A stretch of DNA of 62,787 nt, filler included. It is 8 parts of 8 records of this genome, joined end to end, with 100 filler letters (N's around TTAATTAATTAA, not from the genome) between each part and the next. Parts side by side here need not be neighbours in the genome. Positions count along the whole stretch, not along the records: positions 15,423 to 28,512 come from SRR31147125_14655; positions 28,613 to 37,585 come from SRR31147125_14685; 6 more parts are not named here. One strand, written 5' to 3'. Shown piece after piece: positions 22,101 through 32,042 of the stretch (positions are counted from its first letter, which is position 1; the number at the start of each line of letters is the position of its first letter). The notes under the pieces were generated by a model, which was given only the letters and a program-made list of their open reading frames with translations, did not search any database and was not told the origin of the DNA. A program made the position numbers and the translations under genes.

Positions 22101-23260
22101 GCATTTGCCTTCAAAGCCGGGAACCAGACTCCCATTACATTCAACTTGGACTTTGAGCTTCCGAGCAGGGGTGTTTTCGAGACATTTTTACGGAACATGA
22201 CACTATCGAGACTTTTTTCGAGGTGGGCAAGCGCTTCCTCAACGTCGACATCATTCAGATAGAGAGGTGGCTCACCCGCAGCGGCAAGATCGATTGTCTC
22301 GGCGATAATGGCATCAATCTGATTGGTATCAGCAAAATCAAAGCTGTCATAACCCAGCGCCACCATGGCCGCTTCAAGATAGTCCCGAACTTCCTGGGTA
22401 ATGGTAATTCCCTTGTCAGGGTCGGCGTCACTGTCCAGACTTTGCAGCAGGCGCGCCATATTGCCGACCTCAACGTTTGTCGTGTCGGCCATCTCAAACA
22501 TGTCGAGAGGTGAGATCTTTTTGGCTGCTACCGTACTTCCCAAGACATAATCGCCAATCGACAGGGTCACTGTTTCTTCCGGGAAGTAGTCAAATGCACC
22601 CGACTCGTCGGTCAAATTGCTGTGAGTCGGAGTTCGGAATGACACCCCACCGACCGGGGAGTCGATAAAATGGCCACGGCTCGGATGGGACAGCATGTAA
22701 CTGAACCACCAGCCCCTGCCAACCCCTTCGAATTCCAGGTCATCCAGAGTGGCTTCATCGATATCACCGTATTCCGTATCGGCTCCCAGACCAGTATAGG
22801 CCCAGGCCGAGCCAGCACCCACAGGATCACCTGTCGGTCCAGTTTTGACAGCACTGACATGGACCGCAATATTCTGAACCCTCAGGTCGCTGTACGGTTC
22901 CCCCCAGCGGAAACCCAGATCATCCAGCAGGTCCAGCGTCAGGCGATAAGCGCCATCTTCATAAACGGCAGAGCGCTTATAATTGAAACGCCCGGGAATC
23001 AGGTTCCCTCGTCTGGACGCCGGGACCGGCTTGTTCCCGACATAGATCTGAATATTTTTGATTTCCCAGGCATCAGCCCCCTCAGCCCTGAGCTGAAATT
23101 TGTCACCGCTATTCCATACACTGACAATTCCGACACGTTCCAGCTTCTGAGTAATCAGTGGGGCCTGTACCAGGCCTGGACCTTCATTGTGAAAAGCAAA
23201 AATAGACGTGGCAGTCATCAAAAGAATCAATAAAATGAAAACAAAGACTCTCTCTCTCAT
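19103..23260 (-). CDS. Large acidic secreted protein (choice-of-anchor O-like) with an adhesin-type N-terminal domain
   Basis: Signal peptide; GHFIDSPVGG...ARLLQSLD domain; Asp-box-like SRDDGNTW and SFDGGETW; ERLTSGRRDA and WQEDPGGLRPG motifs recalled from the choice-of-anchor O family; GGAGG SD. Confidence 0.68.
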   Translation of the reverse strand: MRERVFVFILLILLMTATSIFAFHNEGPGLVQAPLITQKLERVGIVSVWNSGDKFQLRAEGADAWEIKNIQIYVGNKPVPASRRGNLIPGRFNYKRSAVYEDGAYRLTLDLLDDLGFRWGEPYSDLRVQNIAVHVSAVKTGPTGDPVGAGSAWAYTGLGADTEYGDIDEATLDDLEFEGVGRGWWFSYMLSHPSRGHFIDSPVGGVSFRTPTHSNLTDESGAFDYFPEETVTLSIGDYVLGSTVAAKKISPLDMFEMADTTNVEVGNMARLLQSLDSDADPDKGITITQEVRDYLEAAMVALGYDSFDFADTNQIDAIIAETIDLAAAGEPPLYLNDVDVEEALAHLEKSLDSVMFRKNVSKTPLLGSSKSKLNVMGVWFPALKANAAIVPGESYPDDPEDYTDPDPVTIEYYDEEGNFIRDTDQAKPLIVVYTDADEETDAHDIWAAVSRDDGNTWKRKNLSRMADRSSFELANGNEYYGHSKKPVFHVKGNKILIAWTSKFARGGKPRYAIKLCDDPATEIVETPETGCAVYCTGKVEDGTESCEPDYPYDDPYYTDDIWGVSGHQGSVDYTDEGYPEVGEVPYSAVWVARGVIATQADVNAGRGRFVGDIVWYKPERLTSGRRDANQVFMGAADGAGFGIAWQEDPGGLRPGEAKGPGPGWGGATTNHKTDIWYSFIGWTDFAKVDDNFVSGGDPQHDDVDFAGRPKALVPMSLPVRISDNDVVNTENMWVQLDEGTGLPVLDGDGNFIPIYNDDTSSDQLSDGSHRYGYMLDGFWNWNGDLYTEDDTINGTINWAEGDGGVLYEYTNQQGALKTVVVTADGRALDGNTGAARPNLFMQTYTKKGDNPATPAVETEYKSAWAIMAYEESKGVGLGPDEDAGSSDGEGMQDGSGYDPYEEFPDSGKNAIYHSFDFQNPDLVSAGTIINLPEMNGDLIGEGEPLYVAEPEYLGSTLNEDGTYTPIPNPYAGELILDWKGDPILAYENARRPRFILQSKSSAFGGVKPDGSFKEPGNSGTVLIVLYKEGEEGAGRPSDIMARRCVVGATQKGNPWSPDNFLPGSQNVSTITPGLTWINPDRDENAKGEGVKVCDWTQPEENLQMKSGVNPYEDARAHRGQIRGDFVVMGYSYTPNWAASRNAHDKYDFYIRRSFDGGETWTTDPSLAADVAVEHTDIFINPDGISGSEVGEDGSVSTDATKHYEVVTSYAGGGVYEPARNVSLLKNNKTSVIEPRIVAVPGTIKLNGVWTGNDEDKQNRDVFYLAYGTSTNLPDIEKAPEDIFYSFSMDRGTTLAEDTFEVSSDSSGNYAGQTVTRWAWLAKGDPEQGEVQLRMTPDGSRFYSSWIQELPPVDPEDPTHFEGSDIWFRRITPIEFSANDARPLEP

Positions 23261-23386
23261 CGTAACCTCCCTTGACTACATGTAAGAGCGTTCATTCCCT
23301 TTTACAGGGTCTCTTTTCATTTCATTCGTTCGTCTTCGACCTCCTTTTCGAAAGAATCAACCAGATATCATCCCCTGAGGAACAGC

Positions 23387-23423
23387 AAAAAAAACGGGCT
23401 GCAAAGATACTCTCTGCAACCCG
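23387..23423 (-). terminator. Riboswitch expression-platform terminator
   Basis: Minus strand CGGGUUGCAGAGAGUAUCUUUGCAGCCCG followed by U8, overlapping the aptamer 3' end. Confidence 0.85.
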
Positions 23424-23500
23424 GCCATCTTCTCATTGAAGATATGAAGATCCTCGGTTTTCCGTCCCTTTTTCGCAAAAGGTTTGGCTTTTCACTGTTA
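23410..23500 (-). ncRNA. c-di-GMP-I (GEMM-I) riboswitch
   Basis: Minus strand GCCAAA-CCUUUU-GCGA-AAAAGG-GACGGAAAACC...AUCUUC/GAAGAU...GCCGGGUUGC; GNRA-capped P2 and conserved core. Confidence 0.88.
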
Positions 23501-23684
23501 TTTATGAGTCTTATAAAACAATATCCCCTTTCTCCACCCTGTCAACTTCATGGGAAATTAAATTGTCTTATTCCTAATCCGCTAACCCTACAATACCTCA
23601 TCCAGGCCCCATTCTCTTCCCTCTCAGACGAGAGCCTGATATGCTTTGCTAATTGCATAACTACCAAACACGACATGAGTTTTC

Positions 23685-24566
23685 ATGATAGATGAAAAAA
23701 AAGCGCTCTTTTACGGCCTTGGTGCCGTCCTCCTCTGGTCGACGGTCGCCACGGCTTTCAAGCTGTCACTGCGTTATTTCAGCCCGATCGAGCTACTTCT
23801 CTATTCCGGCTCCTTTTCGACTCTGCTGCTGGGAGCAATTCTACGTTATCAGGGCCGATTTCACCTGGTGTTTCAGTGCTCACGACAGGAATATCTGCTT
23901 TCGGTCGGCTTGGGGCTGCTCAGCCCCTTTCTCTATTACCTGATTCTGTTTAAAGCTTACGATCTGTTACCGGCGCAGCAGGCCCAACCGCTCAACTACA
24001 CCTGGGCCATTACCCTTTCGTTACTGGCCGTTCCCTTACTGAAACAGAAAATCCGCTGGCAGCAGTGGCTGGCCCTTCTGGTGAGCTATTGCGGCGTGGT
24101 CGTCATATCAACGGAAGGAAACCTTTTCGGCCTGCAATTTACCGATCCCTTCGGAGTTGCCCTGGCGTTAATCAGCACGATCGTCTGGGCGCTCTACTGG
24201 ATTTACAATACCCGGGACCGACGCGATCCGATTGTTGGCTTGTTCGTCAATTTCCTGTTCAGCTTTCCTTTTGTTCTGGGCTACTACCTGCTGACGACCG
24301 AAGTGCGAATACCACCGTTGAATGGACTGCTCGGGGCAGCCTATGTTGGTACGTTTGAGATGGGTGCCTGCTTCGTCCTCTGGCTGATGGCGATGAAGCA
24401 GACCGACAACACCGCCAGACTCAGCAATTTAATCTTTCTGTCACCGTTTCTTTCTCTGGTCTTTATCTACTTTCTGGTGGGAGAAAAGATCCTGCCAGCA
24501 ACTTTTGTCGGACTGATCCTGATCGTCGCGGGTCTTTTGTGTCAGAGAATCGGGGGAAACAGATAA
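23685..24566 (+). CDS. EamA/DMT-family transporter
   Basis: AVLLWSTVATAFK and YDLLPAQQAQPLNYTW motifs; about 10 TM segments. Confidence 0.88.
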   Translation: MIDEKKALFYGLGAVLLWSTVATAFKLSLRYFSPIELLLYSGSFSTLLLGAILRYQGRFHLVFQCSRQEYLLSVGLGLLSPFLYYLILFKAYDLLPAQQAQPLNYTWAITLSLLAVPLLKQKIRWQQWLALLVSYCGVVVISTEGNLFGLQFTDPFGVALALISTIVWALYWIYNTRDRRDPIVGLFVNFLFSFPFVLGYYLLTTEVRIPPLNGLLGAAYVGTFEMGACFVLWLMAMKQTDNTARLSNLIFLSPFLSLVFIYFLVGEKILPATFVGLILIVAGLLCQRIGGNR

Positions 24567-24591
24567 CGTTACATCCAGGGGGAGTGCGATA

Positions 24592-25278
24592 CTAAGCCAG
24601 ACCGAAAATCCAGAGCAGGGCGACAGCGACAAAGATAGATGGAAGCAAGTTTCCAACCGGAAGGCGCTTGATCCCGAGGACATCCAATGCGATGCCAAGG
24701 ATCAGCAGACCACCGACAGCGTTCATTTCAACAATCACTGGCTCCGTCAGAACAGACGATGCGAACTCAGCGACGAGGGTGATGCTGCCCTGATACAGGA
24801 GCAAAGGGATCACTGAGAGGGCAACACCGATTCCCAGGGTCGACGTGAGTGCAATCGCAGCAACGCCATCCAGAGCCGATTTAGCGTATAGAATCGTCGG
24901 GCGATCTCCCAACCCATCCTGCAGCGCTCCCATGATCGCCATCGCACCGACACAGAACAGAAGGCTCGCAGTCACAAATCCTTCCGCGACACTGCCATGC
25001 CCTTCAAATCGCGATTGAAGACTGTCACCAAAATCGGCCAGACGTTTCTCGATTCCGATCAACTCGCCAATCAACCCGCCCAGAATCAGACTTCCGATAA
25101 CAACCATCAACTGCTGACTCTTCATCGCCAGTTGCAGACCGATCAACAGAACAGCCAACCCCAGGCCTGCCATCAAAGTCGAACGGACACGCGCGGATAA
25201 TCGACGTCCGATCCATTTTCCGATAAACGCTCCGGCGAGAACCGCGACGACATTGACCAATGTTCCCTGTAAAATCAT
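24592..25278 (-). CDS. DUF554-family membrane protein
   Basis: GTLVNVVAVLAG, EGFVTASLLFCVGAMAIMG, KSALDG and VGNLLPS motifs. Confidence 0.88.
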   Translation of the reverse strand: MILQGTLVNVVAVLAGAFIGKWIGRRLSARVRSTLMAGLGLAVLLIGLQLAMKSQQLMVVIGSLILGGLIGELIGIEKRLADFGDSLQSRFEGHGSVAEGFVTASLLFCVGAMAIMGALQDGLGDRPTILYAKSALDGVAAIALTSTLGIGVALSVIPLLLYQGSITLVAEFASSVLTEPVIVEMNAVGGLLILGIALDVLGIKRLPVGNLLPSIFVAVALLWIFGLA

Positions 25279-25527
25279 GACACCTCTCTTAACGGACGGA
25301 AACTAACACGTCACGACTCAATGAACAACCGAGCAAACCAAAACTCACAATAAATAATATGAGTAGATAATAGATCAATAATTACTCAAACAGAAATGCA
25401 GCTCCATCTCGTCTCTTTTGCCTAATTTTTAAACTATTAATTACAGACACTTACCGCTTCGTCCATTTTTTAATCATATCGGCCTCAAACTTGCATTATT
25501 TTTCATCCACAAACCACAGAGAATTAA

Positions 25528-26931
<1,404 letters not shown>

Positions 26932-26948
26932 TTCGACAAAATAATGAC

Positions 26949-26986
26949 AATCAAAAAAGCCCGGCTTATGCCGGGCTTTTTTGATT
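26949..26986. terminator. Bidirectional intrinsic terminator
   Basis: AATCAAAAAAGCCCGGC-ttat-GCCGGGCTTTTTTGATT between convergent genes. Confidence 0.9.
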
Positions 26987-27010
26987 CACCTCGTGGTAAA
27001 ACGGAGAACC

Positions 27011-28512
27011 TTATCCATTTCTGTCCGTGAAACAGATCAAATTCTGCGACACAACATCGGCCATCAGACGCGTCCGCTCCTCCTTAAGATTGAAAACTCG
27101 AACGACCTTCCGATAATGACTGCAGGATGGCACCAACCCATCCAGCGCGCTGCTCCGATCTTTAAACCAGGCAGTATTCAACTGACAATCCCTGGTTTCA
27201 GGGAACAGGGCCAGGTAGAAGATATCCGCCTCAACAAGGTCCTGAAAGAAATGGGAGCCGAAAGAAAGCTCCGGCATCAGCCCTCCGGACGGGAAAGCAA
27301 CTTCGACCAGAGCGGTTAAATTGCTGATCTCCGAAAATGATATCGGCACCCCGAGCGAAGGCGTTGTTGTCCCCCATCGACCCGGTCCGATCAACATCGT
27401 GTGCCCGTTCTCCCGGTTGGCAATGCGCTGATTCAAACGCCCGATCAGGCGTGCAATTTCATACTTCTCAGAGATCGGAAGGCCCAAATACTCCTCCGGC
27501 TCAACCCAGATGACCCACTCAATCTCCTGAGAGATATTCCCTCCCATAAAGTTACCAACAGAACGGAAGAACAGATCAGCCTCCGGTACCTCCGACGGAA
27601 TCTTCAGGGCCGTCTTTGCCCCCTTGGTCTGCAGTGGGCGACACTGCACGACATCAATTTTGGGAAGCCTGTCCTCAGTAAAGTTGGCGGTAAACTCGAC
27701 ATCAACCGGGTACTCATAAGCCTTCTCTATCGTCTTGAGCATGCGCTGCATCAATGCGGTAAAGTCGGTTTTCTCGAGAAAATCATCGAAAGTCAGAAGC
27801 CAGACATCTTCCCCCTTGCGACCGCGTTGCTCCAGGAGCTTGATCGTGTCGTAATCCTTGACCGCATATTCGCTCCAGGGAATCCCGACGTCTTCCTTGG
27901 CCAATGACAGCAGAGACACCGTCTCGAGACTGTTATCATTAATATTGAGCAAATCGACATCGCGCTGGGAGAACTTGCGGATATCCTCAAACCCCTTGTG
28001 CTGCCTGCGCGATGGCGAATCAAGGGCAACAACCCGCGGATAATCGACCTCTGCCCGGTCGACGGCCCGCGTCCCGAGCCCGACAACCAGTCGCAGCATC
28101 CCGGCCTGGGGGTCCATCTCCTTATCCCAGACAAAGGTATTATACGACACACCGACACCCGCCAGTTCAGGCATATAGTAGTGCTGTCGGTACGCCCCGG
28201 AGACCCTCTGTATCAGGAGCGCCATCTGCTCGTCCTGCTTATCGAGCCCACGCTGCTTACGATACGTCAGTGCATCATCTCCCATAGCGCTTGAAAAGAT
28301 TTTACGGATCGCATTCTCCAGCTGTTCAAGGCGCTCTTCGGGACTCCCCTGGTTTACACAGAAAAAGCTGTCATACTTTCCAGCGAAAGCGTTCCCGAAA
28401 CCATCCTCAAGAAGCGAACTGGAGCGCACAATGATCGGACATTGCCCATAATATTCGAGCATATGACGGAAACCTGTCCGAATATGGTCCGGAAAATCCC
28501 CTCAAGCATTTT
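27011..28512 (-). CDS. PEP/pyruvate-binding (PPDK_N-like) domain protein (5' truncated)
   Basis: IIVRSSSLLED...FAGKY, GLGTRAV, PVDVEF and VQCRP motifs; C-terminal GPGRWG...SFGSHFFQDL. Confidence 0.85.
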
Positions 28513-28612
28513 NNNNNNNNNNNNNNNNNNNNNNNNNNNNNNNNNNNNNNNNNNNNTTAATTAATTAANNNNNNNNNNNNNNNNNNNNNNNNNNNNNNNN
28601 NNNNNNNNNNNN
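28513..28612. other. Artificial contig spacer
   Basis: N44-TTAATTAATTAA-N44. Confidence 0.98.
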
Positions 28613-29489
28613 AAAAAAACAACTGACATCGTATGATGCGGTGGAGCGATATCTTTACGGAAATCCGGCGGAAGCATTGAAACGGGAATATCGTTTCACA
28701 GGGCCTGCAATCACCGTTGTCAATGCCTGCTCTTCGGCAACCGATGCCGTGGGCGTTGCATGGGATTGGCTTCTATCCGGTCAGTGCGATGTTGTGGTGG
28801 CCGGAGGTGCAGATGAGCTCAACCGGGTCCCTTTGGCCGGGTTCAACGCACTGGGGATTTTGAGTGCTTCGCCATGTCGGCCATTTGATGTAAATCGAAG
28901 CGGCCTCAATCTTGGGGAAGGGGCGGGATTTCTGGTTCTGGAGACGCGGTCTTCTGCAAACCAACGGGGCGTATCCCCCATCGTCGAATGCTGCGCCTAT
29001 GCCACGGTATCGGACGGATACCACCTGACATCTCCGAGACCCGACGGATCCGGCCTTGAAGCGGCAATCAAAAAGGCCCTGAGCATGGCTGGAATTTCAA
29101 GTGACGCCGTAGGATTTATCAATGCCCATGGTACCGGAACGGCAACCAATGATCTGATTGAAGGTCGGGTGTTCGGTAAGTTGTTTCCGAATCGTGCAGA
29201 TGGAAGCGGTCTGAATGGAAATGATGAAAATAAAAGCGGTGTGGATATTTGGGCGACAAAAGGCTATACCGGTCACACACTGGGCGCGGCAGGCGGTATT
29301 GAGGCGGTATTGACCGTGGCGGCATTACAGAAGCAAACACTCTTTAAAAGCGCCGGGTTTGAGACCCTGGATGATGCCGTGGGCATTATTCCGGTTCTGA
29401 ATGAGAAACGGATTTGTGCGGAATATGCCATGTCCACGTCACTTGCCTTTGGCGGGATGAATTCCGTTTTGATTTTCCGGAATCTTTAG
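28613..29489 (+). CDS. Beta-ketoacyl-ACP synthase, FabB/F type (5' truncated)
   Basis: Catalytic triad in NACSS, INAHGTGT and KGYTGHTLGAAG; SLAFGG. Confidence 0.92.
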
Positions 29490-29545
29490 TACCTTAGAAA
29501 TAATTCTTGCGTTTTTTGGGCAAGAAATTATTACGTCAAGGTACT
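29488..29545. repeat. Imperfect 58-nt intergenic inverted repeat (REP/MITE-like)
   Basis: AGTACCTT..AATAATT.CTTGC pairs with GCAAG.AATTATT..AAGGTACT. Confidence 0.55.
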
Positions 29546-29589
29546 TATCAGCTCGGCTGGGTTAAGCGCTAATATTCATTCATTGGACT

Positions 29590-30195
29590 ATGAAAATGAA
29601 ATTGATCGGAAAAGCGACAGCGAACAACGGCTCAAACTTGAAACTTCCAGGTGCCCGCCGCGCGGATTTGTTTTGCAAAATGGCGTTAAGGGCGTGTCTG
29701 GATGCATCCCATGCACTCTTATTTCCGGATGAGGATCCTGAAACAGGCATTATTGTGGCCACTCAGTTCGGCCCCCATGCCACGACATTCAAATTTTTGG
29801 ATGGGTTGTTGGCGCATTCGGATAAGAAAGTCTCCCCAACCCTCTTTTCTCATAGTGTACATAATGCTGCGGCTTCATATATCGCAACTGCATTAAATAT
29901 CCGGGGAGCGGCCATGACCCTGACCTGTTTTGAGGATCCTTTAACTCAGGCATTGTCATTGGCAAATACCTGGCTTGAACGCCGGCGGGTCCAACGGGTG
30001 ATCGTCTGCTATGTCGAGGAAAGGTCCGCCCCCTTTGATCACATCCGGACCCAATGTTCACTGCCGTCATATTCCAAAGACGGAATCCAAGAGGGTGCCG
30101 TCGCCTTAATTTTGACCCATGGGGAGGGATTTTCAGTTCCCGACAGCATTGACATTGAAAAGAATTTCAACGCGTTGGAGATATTTCCCGTATGA
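29590..30195 (+). CDS. Truncated ketosynthase homolog / chain-length-factor-like protein
   Basis: RRADLFCKMAL and SPTLFSHSVHNAAASYIA motifs; only 201 aa, lacking the catalytic ACS and His motifs. Confidence 0.78.
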   Translation: MKMKLIGKATANNGSNLKLPGARRADLFCKMALRACLDASHALLFPDEDPETGIIVATQFGPHATTFKFLDGLLAHSDKKVSPTLFSHSVHNAAASYIATALNIRGAAMTLTCFEDPLTQALSLANTWLERRRVQRVIVCYVEERSAPFDHIRTQCSLPSYSKDGIQEGAVALILTHGEGFSVPDSIDIEKNFNALEIFPV

Positions 30196-30446
30196 TTTCA
30201 GAAGAGATAATAAAACAGAAATTGATTGATCAGCTTGTGGAGAATACCGGAATGTCTCCCGGAGAGATCAAAGAGGATACGATGTTTCATGAGATCGGTA
30301 TCAACTCATTGATTCTTGTGGAGCTGTTCGTATTCATTGAAAAAGAGTTTTCCGTTGATCTGATGTCATCCAGTATCACCCATGATGATATCAAAACAGT
30401 CCGGACCCTGGCATCAGGAATTAAAAAATCATTGGAACATCGGTAA
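30192..30446 (+). CDS. Acyl carrier protein
   Basis: Acidic 84-aa protein with EIGINSLILVELFVFIEKEF (phosphopantetheine Ser in NSL). Confidence 0.88.
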   Translation: MISEEIIKQKLIDQLVENTGMSPGEIKEDTMFHEIGINSLILVELFVFIEKEFSVDLMSSSITHDDIKTVRTLASGIKKSLEHR

Positions 30447-30464
30447 GGGGGTAGCGGTAAAAAA

Positions 30465-32033
30465 ATGGTGACCGTCAATAACGGCCAAATCAGTCTACCT
30501 GACACACCAACGCCAATGTCAAGGCATGGAGCGTCTCTAACCGATGCCCGTGAGGGGCGGCATATTACCCGTGAGGGGCGGAAAATTATAAACTCCCCTC
30601 ATTATTTAAATGGAATCGACTGGGTCATGGCCGGTCTCGATGCGTTGAACAAGCAGGCCGTAGGGATCGGAAATCATTCACAGATCGTTATCGAAGTGTC
30701 CGGTCGGATGGAGAGAAATCACCTGTTCAGCCGATTGAAGTGCGTCCTGGCAGAAGGGGCATTGTGTACGGGGGAATCAAAACGGGCATGGCATTTGGCG
30801 CCGTATTGGAAAAGGAAAGCCATTGGATTTTTTTCTGAGGATATTCATGTTGAAGCGCTGAATTCCCCGGACGACACGCAATACAATTTGATTCAACTGC
30901 TCCGGAAACGATGCCGAAGCCCGTTTCCGAATGCATGTGTCATGCTGGCATTTGACCTCATCTATTTTAGAACTCAAACGTTTCTTTTGTGTCGTTTTGA
31001 CCATAAATTTCTTGATGCCAGGGGGGCTGAAGCATTATTGAATGCGCTTCTTTGCTGTAAAGAACGGCCATGGCAAGATCACTTGCCACAACAATGCCTG
31101 AAAACGCTCGAGGGGAGGGGGCGGATCGATTCGATTCAAGATACCCCTGACTTTCCGTCTGACGGTCCCCGGTTGGATAAATGGCGGGAGCGTTTCCATT
31201 CCGGTAAAATCATCAATCGTTTTCTTCGCTCCGCCTATCCTGAAAATGGGTCGGCAGCTTCTTTTTCCATAGCCCAATCTCACAGGAATTCAATCGCTTT
31301 GATCGAAGAAAGGACGCCAAGTGCGTTCTTTTTCTCAAAATCCTTTTTGAAAAAAAGAACGAGAAGACCCACGCTACACCATACCGTTGTGCCGTTCACT
31401 AAAGAAGAAACCCGGAGAGTGGATGTTCACACCATGCAAAAAGCCGGTTATCTCATGGGGGGGATCTACCTGTTGGCATGTACGGCGGCGGTACTGGATG
31501 GATGGTTTTCCGATCGAAAATGTCCGGGAAAAATGGTGGTGCCCGTCAATGTGGATACCCGTGGTGTGAAATTGAGTCAAACGGATATTTTTTTTAACCA
31601 TGTGTCGTTTCTTCAATTTTGTATTGAACGACAGATGGACAAGAAGCAGATCATTGTCGATCTCAAAAAACAGTTCATGGAACAGATCAGGGAAGAGATC
31701 CCTGAGCATTTCAAGAGTGCCGCGTTGTTGATGCGGATTGCCCCCTTGCGGATTTTGGGAGAGGGCATGGGACGTCTCATGAGGAAAAAGCCCTACTCAT
31801 TCTCTTTTTCCTATGTGGGAGAGCAAGGATTTCATAACAATCGAATTTTTGATCATCCGGTCAAGGGGTTGTTTCACATGCCGGTGGTCCCTGTTGAGCC
31901 GGGAGTGGGCGTTTACTTTACCCGTTTCAATGGCACGCTCACCTTGGTCATTTCCGCGTTTGACCATAAAATCGCCAACAGAGATGCCGCCCTTCTGGCG
32001 GATTCGATACAACACAACGTACTCTATGGATAA
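30465..32033 (+). CDS. Condensation-domain-like / CoA-dependent acyltransferase
   Basis: HxxxD motif in FDHKFLDARG; VPVNVDTR and FFNHVSF motifs; FSYVG in the second lobe. Confidence 0.65.
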   Translation: MVTVNNGQISLPDTPTPMSRHGASLTDAREGRHITREGRKIINSPHYLNGIDWVMAGLDALNKQAVGIGNHSQIVIEVSGRMERNHLFSRLKCVLAEGALCTGESKRAWHLAPYWKRKAIGFFSEDIHVEALNSPDDTQYNLIQLLRKRCRSPFPNACVMLAFDLIYFRTQTFLLCRFDHKFLDARGAEALLNALLCCKERPWQDHLPQQCLKTLEGRGRIDSIQDTPDFPSDGPRLDKWRERFHSGKIINRFLRSAYPENGSAASFSIAQSHRNSIALIEERTPSAFFFSKSFLKKRTRRPTLHHTVVPFTKEETRRVDVHTMQKAGYLMGGIYLLACTAAVLDGWFSDRKCPGKMVVPVNVDTRGVKLSQTDIFFNHVSFLQFCIERQMDKKQIIVDLKKQFMEQIREEIPEHFKSAALLMRIAPLRILGEGMGRLMRKKPYSFSFSYVGEQGFHNNRIFDHPVKGLFHMPVVPVEPGVGVYFTRFNGTLTLVISAFDHKIANRDAALLADSIQHNVLYG

Positions 32034-32042
32034 CGGATAACA

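Noticed and set aside
23276-23350. Short upstream ORF (MKRDPVKGNERSYM) between the riboswitch and the large gene
   Set aside because: The AAGGAGG is about 19 nt from this ATG, too far for confident initiation, and there is no other support
8743-23500. Functional link between the GGDEF cyclase and the c-di-GMP riboswitch
   Set aside because: They are on different contigs with very different base composition
23410-23500. Calling the riboswitch a 3',3'-cGAMP (GEMM-Ib) sensor
   Set aside because: The discriminator position is G, not A; dual specificity cannot be excluded without an assay
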